From assembly GCA_041746575.1 (NCBI GenBank), contig JBGTGT010000098.1:1-64000 (forward strand): a stretch of 64,000 bases of DNA. The letters run 5' to 3'. Below, piece after piece: positions 8,174-19,407 of the stretch (the stretch's first letter is position 1; every line of letters begins with the position of its first letter). A model generated the notes under the pieces. That model ran no database searches, was not told where the DNA came from, and saw only the letters and a program-made list of their open reading frames with translations. The position numbers and the translations under genes were made by a program. Source of the stretch: Microcystaceae cyanobacterium (GTDB lineage: Bacteria; Cyanobacteriota; Cyanobacteriia; Cyanobacteriales; Microcystaceae).

Positions 8174-8521
8174 TTGGATTTCATTTCGACGAATTTTCCT
8201 GAATGGTTAGTAGAACGTCTTCGTGATTATTCCCAAATTCTGCAAATCCTTTTAGTTGAAGCCAATGCCCTTGATTCTACTTTACAGCAAGTTCCCGAAC
8301 CCGATCTGATTTTAGGCATGGCGATCACCTTTGCTTTTATCGTCAGACAAGGGGGAAACGTCCGAAATTTGACCGCAAAAATTATGGCTTATTGGAGATT
8401 AATTCATCATTTTATGTCTCTAAAATTGGGGGAGATTATTGATAATCTTCCCTCTAATAAATTAAGATTAAAGATGGTCAACATTAGGGTGCTTCAGATC
8501 CTCGAAGACCGAGAGCTTTAA
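8174..8521 (+). CDS. Hypothetical protein (possibly a gene fragment)
   Basis: 115-aa ORF with a TTG start and no recognised motif. Confidence 0.35.
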   Translation: MDFISTNFPEWLVERLRDYSQILQILLVEANALDSTLQQVPEPDLILGMAITFAFIVRQGGNVRNLTAKIMAYWRLIHHFMSLKLGEIIDNLPSNKLRLKMVNIRVLQILEDREL

Positions 8522-8567
8522 CTCAAGGAAATTAGAGATTGCCAGCAAAAATCATTGGTAAAACCCA

Positions 8568-9053
8568 TTGAATAGTGATTTAATCCCTAAATATGTCACA
8601 GACTTGGTTGACATTTACGGCACTCCTAGTCAGGAGGGTTTTGGCAGTGCCGTTTTTTACGAAAAAATAGGCAAAAAAACGGATTTAGAGCAAATTGCTC
8701 GGCAATATTATCAGTATTTTGTCGGGGATCTTTGGACTCGTTTTGGTGAAACGGCTTGGCTGAGTGGTTGGAAAGAGGTTTATATTCGTAAAATCGGTGA
8801 AAAATCTGATATTGTGGCTGAACTTAAAGCCATTACTTTTCAGAATGCAGCTCAATTTGTCCCTATTATCTTGCTAAATGATACCGAACAGAGCGAAAAA
8901 GCGCACAAAACTTTATCTAATGCTTATGATGATGCAAATATGTCAGATTTACGGGTTTATACGATTGGAGATGGCGGAGCAATGGCAGGCTTATTAATTA
9001 TCGGTTATCGTACGACAGGAGAAGTCACTGTTTTGATTTCGCTGTTAAACTGA
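8568..9053 (+). CDS. Hypothetical protein
   Basis: 161-aa ORF with protein-like composition; no family recognised. Confidence 0.6.
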   Translation: MNSDLIPKYVTDLVDIYGTPSQEGFGSAVFYEKIGKKTDLEQIARQYYQYFVGDLWTRFGETAWLSGWKEVYIRKIGEKSDIVAELKAITFQNAAQFVPIILLNDTEQSEKAHKTLSNAYDDANMSDLRVYTIGDGGAMAGLLIIGYRTTGEVTVLISLLN

Positions 9054-9333
9054 ATGCTATATTTATTCAATTTTTAATTTTGCAAGAAGTATATGTTAAA
9101 AGGATTTTATCTTGTCATTGCTCATCAGATTGCAAATCGTCTAGAACCTATTGTATCTGATATCTATATCCTCCCATCAAAAAGAGTTTGATTAGGTTAA
9201 TTTTTGGGTAGAGTATCATTCACTCTCCAAAAAGGGTAGAAGATAAATTTACTGATTCCCTGTTAATCCTCAGTAACCCGATTTAGTCTATAATTGCCTG
9301 AAAATCTAAGGACTTCATCCCCTATCAATCTTT

Positions 9334-10224
9334 ATGGCTATTTTTCACTTGGCGGAATTAACCCAATATCCTCAACTTATTTTCAATGGCATTGCCGTCG
9401 GTAGCATCATCGCTTTAGCCGCCGTTGGACTCACATTGACTTATGGCATTTTGCGTCTATCTAACTTTGCCCATGGGGATTTTATGACTTTGGGGGCGTA
9501 TTTTACTTGGTTAGCTAATACAAGCGGCTTAAATCTTTGGTTCTCAGTTATAATCGGTATGTTTGCAACAGTGTCCGCTATGGTAGTCTCAGAATATTTG
9601 CTTTGGAAACCCATGCGGAATCGTCGGGCAACCGCCACAACCTTAACGATTATCTCAATTGGACTTGCGCTATTTATTCGTAATGGTATTTTATTGATTT
9701 GGGGTGGAAATAACCGAAAATATGATATTCCTATTGTTCAAGCTCCAGAATTCTTCGGTATTCGAGTTCCTTATGACCGCTTACTGGTGATTAGCTTAAC
9801 GTTTTTGGTGATTATTGCGCTTCATTTTTTTCTACAAAATAGCAAAGTGGGTAAAGCGATGCGAGCAGTGGCGGATAATATAGATTTGGCAAGGGTTTCG
9901 GGAATTGATGTGGAGCGGGTGGTGTTATGGACGTGGCTCATTACTGGCATATTAACGGCTTTGGGGGGAGCAATGTTTGGACTAATTACCAATACCATTC
10001 GGCCTAATATGGGTTGGTTTTTAATTTTACCGATGTTTGCTGCCATTATTCTGGGGGGAATAGGCAATCCTTATGGCGCAATTGCGGGCGGATTAATCAT
10101 TGGAATTGTACAGGAAGTCAGTGTTCCTTGGTTGGGTTCAAACTATAAGTTAGGTGTTGCTTTATTGGTCATGATTCTAATTTTACTTCTACGCCCTCAA
10201 GGGTTATTTAAGGGCATGAGTTAG
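9334..10224 (+). CDS. natD: Neutral/branched-chain amino acid ABC transporter permease (LivH/NatD-like)
   Basis: GLTLTYGILRLSNFAHGD, GKAMRAVADN and ILGGIGNPYGA; multiple TM segments. Confidence 0.85.
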   Translation: MAIFHLAELTQYPQLIFNGIAVGSIIALAAVGLTLTYGILRLSNFAHGDFMTLGAYFTWLANTSGLNLWFSVIIGMFATVSAMVVSEYLLWKPMRNRRATATTLTIISIGLALFIRNGILLIWGGNNRKYDIPIVQAPEFFGIRVPYDRLLVISLTFLVIIALHFFLQNSKVGKAMRAVADNIDLARVSGIDVERVVLWTWLITGILTALGGAMFGLITNTIRPNMGWFLILPMFAAIILGGIGNPYGAIAGGLIIGIVQEVSVPWLGSNYKLGVALLVMILILLLRPQGLFKGMS

Positions 10225-10363
10225 GGAATAGAATTCTCACAAAAAAAGGTCACAAGCAGTCGCCTCGTTTAAGAATTTGCGAAAATAAAACAGAGGATAA
10301 CTATCTAGTATTCATCCACTGAATACACAATGGTTTTTTCAGGTATTGAAAATCTTAAAAATT

Positions 10364-11791
10364 TTAGCGACGATGCTGTAATTTATTTACTAAATCATTA
10401 AAGGGTTGCCAATTATCATCAAAAGTAATTCGTTCCCATACTGATTCAATGATAGGGCGTAATAAAACCGTTTTCGGATTATAAAATTTTAAGCGATGGC
10501 TAATAATTTCTATTTCCTCCATCGGACAATCTTTTAATAATTGGTGATAGGCTTGTTTCCACGTTGACCAATCTGCTTTTGGCAAAGAGAGATTTTCTAA
10601 GATGAGGTCAGGATTCTCCCGCCATCCGATGTTAAATTGTTCTCCTAACTCGGTAAAAAAGCCATGATAACTTACTTGGGTTTCTTTCAGAATTTCAAGC
10701 GTTTTATGGACAAATTCTTGGGCAAGTTTAGAAAAAAGCGATTCAAAACCTAACTTTTGTAACATTAAAGCGTAATAGGCTTGATGGTAGTAGTCATCAA
10801 ATAGAGCTAACCCTCCCTCTAAATCAGCGTGAGAAATGAGGGTTGCTAAGGGAATTTGTAACAGTTCAAGGTTCAAACGACAAATAGTGGGTTGATTACC
10901 ATAAGCGTATCGACCACTGTAATCAAAATAAGCGGCGGTGAAACTCGGATTATAGGTAGGAATAAAGGCATAAGGTCCATAATCAAAACTTTCGCCTGTA
11001 ATTGACATATTGTCAGTATTCAAAACCCCATGACAGAAACCTGCCGCCATCCATTGAGCGCACAAAATGGCTGTTCTTTGGACCAATTGGGCGTAAAATT
11101 GACAATAACGATCATTCACGGGGTCGATTTCAGGATAATAATAATCGATCACATGGTCTAAGAGTTTTTGGCTCAAATCAGACCGTTTAAGATAATGTAG
11201 CCGTTCAAACGTGCCGAAACGAAGGTGAGAACAACTCATCCTCACCATCACAGAAGAACGGGTAGGAGAAGGTTCATCGCCGCGCCACAAGGATTCCCCC
11301 GTTTCAATTAGACTCAAACAGCGAGAGGTATTCACCCCCAGAGAATGTAACGCTTCTGCTGCCAAAACTTCTCTAACGCCGCCTTTTAAGGTCAAACGAC
11401 CATCTGCTTGACGAGAATAGGGAGTTTGTCCTGATCCTTTGGTACCTAAATCATAAAGTTGACCATCCGTTCCTCGAATTTGACCATACAGAAACCCTCT
11501 ACCGTCTCCTAAAAAGGGGTTGTACTCCCCAAATTGATAACCATGATATCGCAACGCTAAAAAAGGTCGAACACCAACGAATTTGCCGAAAGCTTCGATA
11601 AAATGGGAATTCTCTACCTCATTAGGATTTAAACCCAAACGGGATAGCAAGGCATCATTGCGAAACCGCAGAAGATGTTGAGGAAAGTCGGCGGCAGGAA
11701 CTTCATCATAATAATCGTTTCCTAGGGCTTCTATGGCGATTTCATAGGTCAGACTCAAAAAAGGGTTAGCTGAGTTGGCTTTCAAGTTCAT
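10364..11791 (-). CDS. selO: Protein adenylyltransferase SelO / YdiU family
   Basis: [27 protein letters not shown] and [11 protein letters not shown]. Confidence 0.9.
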   Translation of the reverse strand: MNLKANSANPFLSLTYEIAIEALGNDYYDEVPAADFPQHLLRFRNDALLSRLGLNPNEVENSHFIEAFGKFVGVRPFLALRYHGYQFGEYNPFLGDGRGFLYGQIRGTDGQLYDLGTKGSGQTPYSRQADGRLTLKGGVREVLAAEALHSLGVNTSRCLSLIETGESLWRGDEPSPTRSSVMVRMSCSHLRFGTFERLHYLKRSDLSQKLLDHVIDYYYPEIDPVNDRYCQFYAQLVQRTAILCAQWMAAGFCHGVLNTDNMSITGESFDYGPYAFIPTYNPSFTAAYFDYSGRYAYGNQPTICRLNLELLQIPLATLISHADLEGGLALFDDYYHQAYYALMLQKLGFESLFSKLAQEFVHKTLEILKETQVSYHGFFTELGEQFNIGWRENPDLILENLSLPKADWSTWKQAYHQLLKDCPMEEIEIISHRLKFYNPKTVLLRPIIESVWERITFDDNWQPFNDLVNKLQHRR

Positions 11792-12129
11792 TGGTCAAAT
11801 ATGTGTAGGTATAGGGAACAATAAGGATATCAAGGTAGGGAGAGTATGCCTTTTAGCGATCGCCACTCTACCTATTCTGGCAGAAAACAAATCACCTAAA
11901 TTCCCTAAGACTATTATTATCTTTTTTGGGCAAAGAAAATGGATTTTTAAAAAAAGTCGTTTTTTCCCTTTTATTTCTCTCTCAGTACCTAAGGAATTTA
12001 GTGAATGACGAAAATATGAACTTAAAATAAGAATGAAAATATTAAAATTGAAAAATAAATGCTAATTAATTAAGTTGCTGTTTTTAGTAACTTTGTTTTT
12101 TGATGTTTTATTAAAAGTAAATAATAATC

Positions 12130-12948
12130 ATGACTTTTGATACAATTTTATTTAAATCGCTGTTATTGTCCCTTACAAAAAATCCTTTTTTTCAAGATTT
12201 TTCTATTTACAATTTTGATATAATTTCCTCAACGAATCAAATTTTATGGAATTATTTAAAACAAGGAAAAACCGTTCCCATGGTAGCAGTAGCAGAAGAA
12301 CAAACGGACGGAAGAGGACAATGGGGAAGGGTTTGGCAGTCTAATAAAGGGGGACTTTATTTATCTTTACTTTTACCTTTAAATCTTCCCCTTAATTGCA
12401 TGGCCCATTTAACCTTGATAAGTGGAGTCGGCATTGCTCAACAGTTACGTCAATCTAAAATTCCTGTTTACTTAAAGTGGCCGAATGATTTAATCTTAAA
12501 GGGTCATAAATTAGGGGGCATCAAAACAGAAACTCGGATTAAACAAAATCATCTAACTTATGGGGTGATTGGCGTAGGAATTAACTGGCAAAATGCCGTC
12601 CCTTCTGTCGGTATTAACTTGAAATCTTATTTTGAGAAACAATCTTACTCGACGATTACGTCTCTCGAAGCATTAGCCGCCTTAACGGTAGGCGGTATTT
12701 TGATCGCTTATGAACGCTATCAAAAAGAAGGGATTGAGCCTATTCTAGCAGATTATGAGCAACTTTTTCGGCAATTAGGGAAAATTGTGACTATAGAGGG
12801 TTATCAGGGGCGAATTATCGGCATAACTCCCGAAGGAGAATTAAAGGTTCGTTTGGTGTCTCCGGGGGCAAAGACGGACATTTGTCTATCGCCGGGTAGA
12901 ATTTCTCTGGGCTATGACGAAGGCTCATCAATTGACTACAATCAATAG
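12130..12948 (+). CDS. birA: Biotin--[acetyl-CoA-carboxylase] ligase
   Basis: QTDGRGQWGRVW, LKWPNDL and KLGGI. Confidence 0.9.
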   Translation: MTFDTILFKSLLLSLTKNPFFQDFSIYNFDIISSTNQILWNYLKQGKTVPMVAVAEEQTDGRGQWGRVWQSNKGGLYLSLLLPLNLPLNCMAHLTLISGVGIAQQLRQSKIPVYLKWPNDLILKGHKLGGIKTETRIKQNHLTYGVIGVGINWQNAVPSVGINLKSYFEKQSYSTITSLEALAALTVGGILIAYERYQKEGIEPILADYEQLFRQLGKIVTIEGYQGRIIGITPEGELKVRLVSPGAKTDICLSPGRISLGYDEGSSIDYNQ

Positions 12949-12958
12949 AGGTATTTAA

Positions 12959-14332
12959 TTGTGTGAGGTCATCATGAAACCGAAAGGGTTAGAAAAATCC
13001 CTATTGTGGCTTAGAAGTAGCATCGCCGTCCTTGGGGGATTAAGCTTGTTGGGCAGTGGCTTAGGATCGTTCAGCGCAACGGCAACCACTCAGTCCTTTG
13101 TTATTGACGCAACGCCTGCCGTTTCCACCCCCGTTGAAGCCAGTTCTCCGGTAGAAGCCCCTAAACCGTCTGTTCAGCCGCAGATTGCCCCTAAAGCCCC
13201 TGTTACTAAGCCTATTGTCAGAAAAGAACCCGTTAAACCCGTTTACAAAGTCTCTCCCAAATCTTCGGTAACCCCTGCCGCTAGAACAAAATTAGGCGCA
13301 CCGAAAATCTCAGTTCCTCAGAAGAAAATAACTGTTTCTTCTCCTCCTGCTGTGTCTCCGTCCACCGAAATTCAATTTGAAAGTAAAAATCGCTATATTG
13401 ACCCCACCAATTACAATATTAATCAACCTGCATCCCCTACGGTAGTAGTAACAGAACGCAAGACGGGATGCCAAACTATTGCTCAAAACGGTCAAGTTAG
13501 CGGAAATTGCGGTGTTTCTTTGCAAAAGCCTGTTTCTCTCGCTAAGGCAAAGCCAGAGTCTTTCAATCGTAGTCGTACATCTGTGTCTGTTGCAAAGGGA
13601 CGTTCACTCAGAACGCTTACTCAAACCCATCAAAATCGTCAACCTATTGCGGTTAAAACGGTTTATCGCCCTACTTCGGTTCAATCTCAAGTTCAATCTT
13701 CCTCGTATTCGGTTTCTCGTCCTGTCACAATTCGCTCTCAATCAGTGGTGAATTTACAGCCGATTCAGCGTCAAGGGGTTTCTATTGCCCTTGAACCCGT
13801 TGCTCCCTACAATCGAGCCACAACGCTTTATAGTAAACCCACTTCCCCCATTCAACCACGGACGACGGATTTAATCTTTCCCTTACCGATTATTGGAGAA
13901 CTGACTTCCGCCTTCGGTTGGCGACAACATCCGATTTATCAAACGCAACGCTTTCATGAAGGTACCGATATTGGTGCGGCAATAGGAACACCTGTTTTAG
14001 CAGCGTATCAAGGACAAGTAGAAACGGCTGACTGGGCAGGTGGATATGGTTTAATGGTGACGATAAGTCACTTAGATGGCGCACAAGAATCCCGTTATGC
14101 TCATTTATCCCAGATTTTCGTACAACCCGGTCAATTGGTAGAACAAGGAACAGTAATTGGTCGTGTCGGTAGTACAGGATCTTCCACTGGGCCACACCTT
14201 CACTTTGAATGGCGACATCGGACGGATGAAGGATGGGTGGCGGTTGATGCGGGGTTACATCTAGAGTATGCCCTTGATAAGCTCATTAACTCGTTTAATT
14301 ATGCCCGAACCGTAGAAAAACCCGAAAGTTAA
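12959..14332 (+). CDS. M23-family metallopeptidase (likely start ATG 12974)
   Basis: FGWRQHP..HEGTD, YAHL and STGPHLHFE; N-terminal signal and P/S-rich linker. Confidence 0.88.
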   Translation: MCEVIMKPKGLEKSLLWLRSSIAVLGGLSLLGSGLGSFSATATTQSFVIDATPAVSTPVEASSPVEAPKPSVQPQIAPKAPVTKPIVRKEPVKPVYKVSPKSSVTPAARTKLGAPKISVPQKKITVSSPPAVSPSTEIQFESKNRYIDPTNYNINQPASPTVVVTERKTGCQTIAQNGQVSGNCGVSLQKPVSLAKAKPESFNRSRTSVSVAKGRSLRTLTQTHQNRQPIAVKTVYRPTSVQSQVQSSSYSVSRPVTIRSQSVVNLQPIQRQGVSIALEPVAPYNRATTLYSKPTSPIQPRTTDLIFPLPIIGELTSAFGWRQHPIYQTQRFHEGTDIGAAIGTPVLAAYQGQVETADWAGGYGLMVTISHLDGAQESRYAHLSQIFVQPGQLVEQGTVIGRVGSTGSSTGPHLHFEWRHRTDEGWVAVDAGLHLEYALDKLINSFNYARTVEKPES

Positions 14333-14352
14333 GCAGTTAATCGTCGGAATTC

Positions 14353-14376
14353 AGGGGGCGCGGAGTTTGCGCCCTT
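14353..14376. terminator. REP-like hairpin between convergent genes (probable bidirectional terminator)
   Basis: AGGGGGCGCGGAGTTTGCGCCCTT palindrome between two stop codons. Confidence 0.5.
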
Positions 14377-14392
14377 CACTTTTCGTAAAAAA

Positions 14393-15370
14393 TTAGTTAA
14401 TTTTCAAAACATTTTCTGACAACAAATTGGGGTTTCCTTTGGGAATAATACCACCCGGATTTAAAGAAAAAAGATTGGTGTAATAATCTTCTTTCACTTT
14501 CACTAAATCACAGGTATCTGCAATTCTCGGTAAATGATAAAACCTTTGAGTATAAGTCCAAAGATGGGGATAGTCTTGAATGCGACGATAATTACATTTA
14601 AACAACTGATAATAAACGGCATCAAAGCGAAATAGCGTAGGAAATAATCGAACATCTGCTAGGGTAATTTGCTCACCACAAAGATACTGACGAGAAGCCA
14701 AACGGATTTCTAATTCATCTAAAGTAGCAAATAACGCATCAAAAGCCTGTTCATACGCCGTTTGACTTTGAGCTAATCCACAACGATAAACCCCGTTATT
14801 AATGTGAATATAAATTTGTTCATTGAGTTGATCAATTTCCGCTTTTAAAGAAGGGGGGTACAAGTCTAGTTCAGGATTTAATGCCCATGAATTAAACTGA
14901 TTATTGAAAATTTGAATAATTTCTGAACTTTCATTATTGACAATGGTTTGACTTTGGGTATCCCACAAAACAGGAACAGTGGCACGTCCTTGATAATCGG
15001 GATGTAACTTACGATAAACTTGAGCGAGGGTATCACAATCTTGCGTCGGTTTTTCTAATACCCAACCTCCCTCCGTCGCTTTTGCTACTACCCAAATGAC
15101 AGGAATTGCCTCTTCTAAGCCCTTTAAAGCCCGCACAATTAGGGTTCGGTGCGCCCAAGGACAACTTAAACCAACATAAAGGCAATAACGTCCTTTTTCG
15201 GGAGGATAGGGGTTATTTTCTGTTGCATTTATCCAGTTTCTAAATTGACTTTGCGGACGGACATAGTCTCCAGAAGGGTTAGGGGGAGCTAAACGGGACA
15301 TCATTTGTTGCCAGAGGGTTGTCCACACCCAGTGACCTAGTTTAATAATAACGGATGAAGGAAGAGACAT
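14393..15370 (-). CDS. Glutathione S-transferase, glutathionyl-hydroquinone reductase (YqjG/ECM4) type
   Basis: CPWAHR, TVPVLWD, NNESSEI and NNGVYRCG. Confidence 0.9.
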   Translation of the reverse strand: MSLPSSVIIKLGHWVWTTLWQQMMSRLAPPNPSGDYVRPQSQFRNWINATENNPYPPEKGRYCLYVGLSCPWAHRTLIVRALKGLEEAIPVIWVVAKATEGGWVLEKPTQDCDTLAQVYRKLHPDYQGRATVPVLWDTQSQTIVNNESSEIIQIFNNQFNSWALNPELDLYPPSLKAEIDQLNEQIYIHINNGVYRCGLAQSQTAYEQAFDALFATLDELEIRLASRQYLCGEQITLADVRLFPTLFRFDAVYYQLFKCNYRRIQDYPHLWTYTQRFYHLPRIADTCDLVKVKEDYYTNLFSLNPGGIIPKGNPNLLSENVLKIN

Positions 15371-15480
15371 GGTTCTATTTTAAAGTGTAGTTTTTAGATT
15401 AATAACATTCAATTAATCTTGTATAATTTGTAAATAACCGACAAGCCAAGTTTATTGGACTAACGCCTGCCCAATCTTAC

Positions 15481-17235
15481 TTAAGTCGGCAATGAGGTTA
15501 AAATTGGGAAATCAGTGGCAAATTTGAGGGTGAACGTTGTTTGAGCGGCTTGACTATGAACTTGAATCGTTGCGCCTAAGAGAGACACCAGTTTCTTCAC
15601 TAATGCTAACCCTATTCCTGTTCCTCCGTACTGCCAAGGGTCATGGCAAGGAATACGATAAAATTTCTCAAAAATCCGTTCTTGTTCTTGAGGGGGAATT
15701 TCTACTCCTGAATTACTAACACTCAAAATCACGTTTTTTTCAGTTTCTTCGGCTGTAATCATAATTATACCTTGGGCAGGCGTGTATTTACAGGCATTAT
15801 TAAGCAGTTCGTTGATCACTCGTTCTAGAACTGCAACGTCCGATTGAATCAAAGAGAGCGTCTGCGGCAGGGTAACCTCCTGTAGATCAATCCATTCCGG
15901 CATTAGGGGGATGTTTTCTGCATCTACATAGCAGAGGGTGAGCAAGTCATTAACCAACTTACTTTGTTTGTGACAGGCACTTTTGAAAATCTCAAAAACC
16001 CGTTGAAAATTCGGGGATTTAATGGCGCGGATGCCTTGGGTTTCTACCAGTTTCTCTAGGGTTTGAGAAGCAACCAAAATACTACTCATCGGCGTCCGTA
16101 ATTCGTGAGAAATTGTTTTAAGAAAGTCATCTTTGAGGGTATTTAGCTTCTCTAGAGCTTTAACTTGGGCTTGCGCCATTTCATAGAGTCTTGCTTGACG
16201 AATAGCAATCGCACATTGACTAGCTACCTGTTCAACTACCCGAATCTCTAAGCGATCAAATCGCTCTTCTTTGGGTCTAAATAGCCATAAATTACCTAAA
16301 ATGCCTTGATTATCGAAAATAGGACAGACCAATCGAGTAACAAGCGGTTGACAGGGATTGAGTTGGGGAATCAATTCAGCAAATTGTAATGATTTTTTCT
16401 GAAGCAAGGGTTGATAAATCTCAGGAAAATCAGCAATTTTTCGAGAAATTTCTGTTGAAATAAGTTCAGTATGAGAATATTCGTAGCCAATCGTGCCAAT
16501 CGTCTGCTGAGCATTATAAAGTTCAATTTTACATCGTTCAATTTTAAGAAACTCCCTTAGTTCTTGGGTAACAGTCTGTAATATCTGTTTTTCATCTAAA
16601 CTATCCCGCGTTTTTTCGATAATTCGTCGAATCATCGCTTCAAACTGTAAGGCTTGTTTAAGATTCGCAGTACGCTCTCTGACTTTTCGCTCAAGATAAG
16701 TATTCAAACTCTGCACTTGTTGGTATAATTCGGCCTGTTGAACGGCAATCCCCACCTGATTGGCAAGTTGCTTTAGCAGTTCAATTTCGGTTGTCTGCCA
16801 ATGACGAGGCGATTGACAATGTTGCGCAATTAACAACCCCCATAATTTTTCTCCGGCACTAATCGGAACAACCAGATTGGCTTTAACGGATAAAGTCCTT
16901 AGTAATTCAGCATGACAAGGGGTTAATCCAGCCATTTCTATATTTTTCACCACTTGAATGCGCCCTCGTCTATATTTCTCAATGTATCTCTCGGTAAAAC
17001 AAGGATCTTTAATCTTTGTGCCAAAAACCACCTTCCAAGGGGTAATAACCGCCTCAGCCACGATTAATCCGCTCCAATCTGGCTCAAAGCGATAAACTAG
17101 CACTCGATTCGTTTGCAGAAATTGCCTGACTTCCTCTACGGTTTGATTTAGGATAGAGTGTAAATCTAAGGACTGCCGAATCCGTAGAGCAATTGCTCCT
17201 ACCAATCTTTCCCGCTCAACTTGAGATGCAGACAT
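15481..17235 (-). CDS. Cyanobacteriochrome sensor histidine kinase (DXCF CBCR GAF + GAF + HisKA + HATPase)
   Basis: First GAF has DPCF and CH motifs; ISHELRTP H-box; NNACKY N-box; GGTGIGL G2-box. Confidence 0.85.
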   Translation of the reverse strand: MSASQVERERLVGAIALRIRQSLDLHSILNQTVEEVRQFLQTNRVLVYRFEPDWSGLIVAEAVITPWKVVFGTKIKDPCFTERYIEKYRRGRIQVVKNIEMAGLTPCHAELLRTLSVKANLVVPISAGEKLWGLLIAQHCQSPRHWQTTEIELLKQLANQVGIAVQQAELYQQVQSLNTYLERKVRERTANLKQALQFEAMIRRIIEKTRDSLDEKQILQTVTQELREFLKIERCKIELYNAQQTIGTIGYEYSHTELISTEISRKIADFPEIYQPLLQKKSLQFAELIPQLNPCQPLVTRLVCPIFDNQGILGNLWLFRPKEERFDRLEIRVVEQVASQCAIAIRQARLYEMAQAQVKALEKLNTLKDDFLKTISHELRTPMSSILVASQTLEKLVETQGIRAIKSPNFQRVFEIFKSACHKQSKLVNDLLTLCYVDAENIPLMPEWIDLQEVTLPQTLSLIQSDVAVLERVINELLNNACKYTPAQGIIMITAEETEKNVILSVSNSGVEIPPQEQERIFEKFYRIPCHDPWQYGGTGIGLALVKKLVSLLGATIQVHSQAAQTTFTLKFATDFPILTSLPT

Positions 17236-17465
17236 CGCTGTAGGAAGGGCTAAGTGATCTGAAGATAAATGATAAATAAACGATGATAATCCATCTTTAT
17301 AAAAATTTAATATTTTTTTAAGGTTTTGTCAATCTAATCAAGCTTTAATAACGGAAAAGAGACCGATCTTAGAGAATTGTTAATAAAAGATTAAATAAGC
17401 ATTTATACTTAAGACTTCATGTTAAGTATTGTTAACATAACTTACCGCTTAGTGACACGCAGACG

Positions 17466-18077
17466 ATGAAAACAGAGGAACTTTTGCGACAATATCTTTT
17501 GGGAGAAAGAGATTTCAAACAAATTAGCCTTAAAAACAGAGTTCTTTGTCAAGAAAATTTATCAGGCATTCATCTTCCCCAAGTTAATCTTGCTCAGGCT
17601 AATCTTAGGGAGATTAATCTCAGTCGCGCAGTGTTAACGGAGGCGAATTTAACCGAAACCTGTTTAGAAAAAGCCATTTTAGTCAAAGCGTCTCTGTCGT
17701 TAGGAAATCTGAGTCAAGCCATCTTAACAGAAGCCGATTTAAGAGAAGCAAACTTGAAAGAAGCCCTGCTTTACCAAGCTTCTTTGCGAAAAGTAAATTT
17801 AGAAGCAGCCAATTTGACTCGTGCGATTCTTCAGAGAGCATTTTTACGAGAAGCTAATTTAAGCCATGCCATTTTGTATCAGGCAAATTTACAACAAGCC
17901 AATTTAACTAATGCCGTATTAGAAGGCGCAGATTTAAGAGAGGCTGATTTAGAAGGAGCTTTCTTGGTAGAAGCCAATTTATTTAAGGCAAATTTACAAG
18001 GTACAAATCTTAGGCGAGCAATTTTGACAGGAGCAATTATGCCAGAGGGACAGATTTACTCAGAGGATAAGCCATAA
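17466..18077 (+). CDS. Pentapeptide repeat protein
   Basis: Tandem A(N/D)LxxA repeats. Confidence 0.9.
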   Translation: MKTEELLRQYLLGERDFKQISLKNRVLCQENLSGIHLPQVNLAQANLREINLSRAVLTEANLTETCLEKAILVKASLSLGNLSQAILTEADLREANLKEALLYQASLRKVNLEAANLTRAILQRAFLREANLSHAILYQANLQQANLTNAVLEGADLREADLEGAFLVEANLFKANLQGTNLRRAILTGAIMPEGQIYSEDKP

Positions 18078-18103
18078 AACTTTTGAGAAATTGCCTAAAG
18101 TCA

Positions 18104-19333
18104 TCAACGCAAGGAATTTAACGTTGTTCGGGGAATTGATCTTGGAAACCAAGATTGCAAAGCTGATTGTCGTTCTTTTGGGGTTTCTTGGGCTATATTC
18201 CAGAGACTTTCATAGAAGAAAAAAGAAAGTCCCGCAAACTTTTGTTGACGAGTATAGTTTAATTGATCTTCCATCATTTTAAGAGAAGTAGGACGACCTT
18301 TTAAGCCACTTAAAATACCAATTCCGACGGGGATATGGGTTTTAGCTTCTTTGACTTCGGGTTTATTTAATTCTCCTTGAAAACTATTTATATTATCTCT
18401 ATAAACTTGAATCATCAGTTCTTCAATTAACCCCATTTTTTCCCATTGTTGCCAATCAAGTAAATAACAATTTTTAGAAAAAGTTTGAGGATTGGGGGAA
18501 ACAGATATAATAACGTTAGGCTTAATGGCTTTAATAGATTTAAACAGATCGTTCATGTAAGCAGTGATTTTTTGCGATCGCCAATTTGTCCATTCTTGCC
18601 ACGCTTCATTTGTAATTTTGCAACTTTGACCTGTATTGAGTTTTTCGGTTAATTTTGGCGGTAATTTCCCTTGATGTTCTTGTTGATAAAGTTGCACAGT
18701 AACTGCATCATAACCGAAGTCAGCAGGATAGCCAAAATGATCATCAAATTGTATGCCTTCGATATCATAATTTTGCACAATTTCTGTGACCAAATCGGTA
18801 ATAAATTGCTGAACATTGGGGTTGAGGGGATTTAACCAAACCCGTTGATGCACATTTCCTTCCCACCAAATCGTATCTTCATTCGCTTTTTGAGTTAACC
18901 AGTCGGGGTGACGTTTTGCCAATTCTGAATCTGCTGGTGCCATAAAGCCAAATTCAAACCAAGGAATTACGGCTACGTTTTTTTGATGACTTTGACGAAT
19001 AATGTCTTTTAAGATATCACGATTTTGTAAGCCTTCGGCGGGGTCAATTTTGTTTCCTGTTACGTTCTCGGCAATTAGACTAGGATAGAGGGTATAACCC
19101 CAATTCCAGACGGTAGGATAAAGGGTATTAAAGTTATGTTTTGCGAGGGTATCGATGGCTTGAGATAATCGCTTTTTATCAAAGAGAACGTCACTATCAA
19201 TGTTCGTTAACCAAACCCCTCGAATTTCTTGAAAGGGTTGATTGAAAGCAACCGATCTAAAACTCCAAAAAGGCAGCGCGACTAAAATAATGCCAAGACA
19301 GAATAGGGTTAATCTTTTAAAGAATTTCGTCAT
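18104..19333 (-). CDS. Glycoside hydrolase-like family 10 (YddW/DUF187) protein
   Basis: EIRGVWLTN, PWFEFG and DIEGIQFDDHF. Confidence 0.85.
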   Translation of the reverse strand: MTKFFKRLTLFCLGIILVALPFWSFRSVAFNQPFQEIRGVWLTNIDSDVLFDKKRLSQAIDTLAKHNFNTLYPTVWNWGYTLYPSLIAENVTGNKIDPAEGLQNRDILKDIIRQSHQKNVAVIPWFEFGFMAPADSELAKRHPDWLTQKANEDTIWWEGNVHQRVWLNPLNPNVQQFITDLVTEIVQNYDIEGIQFDDHFGYPADFGYDAVTVQLYQQEHQGKLPPKLTEKLNTGQSCKITNEAWQEWTNWRSQKITAYMNDLFKSIKAIKPNVIISVSPNPQTFSKNCYLLDWQQWEKMGLIEELMIQVYRDNINSFQGELNKPEVKEAKTHIPVGIGILSGLKGRPTSLKMMEDQLNYTRQQKFAGLSFFFYESLWNIAQETPKERQSALQSWFPRSIPRTTLNSLR

Positions 19334-19407
19334 GGGTTAACAATTAGAAATAAAGTGAGCGAAGTTAAAATTTGAATTCGTTGATTTTACAATGTCCAAA
19401 AGACGGA

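Noticed and set aside
8174..8521. 115-aa ORF just downstream of VR2 as the DGR accessory protein Avd
   Set aside because: Size and position fit, but I see none of the Avd-like features I recall (e.g. C-terminal IG..LGGW) and no template repeat follows it.
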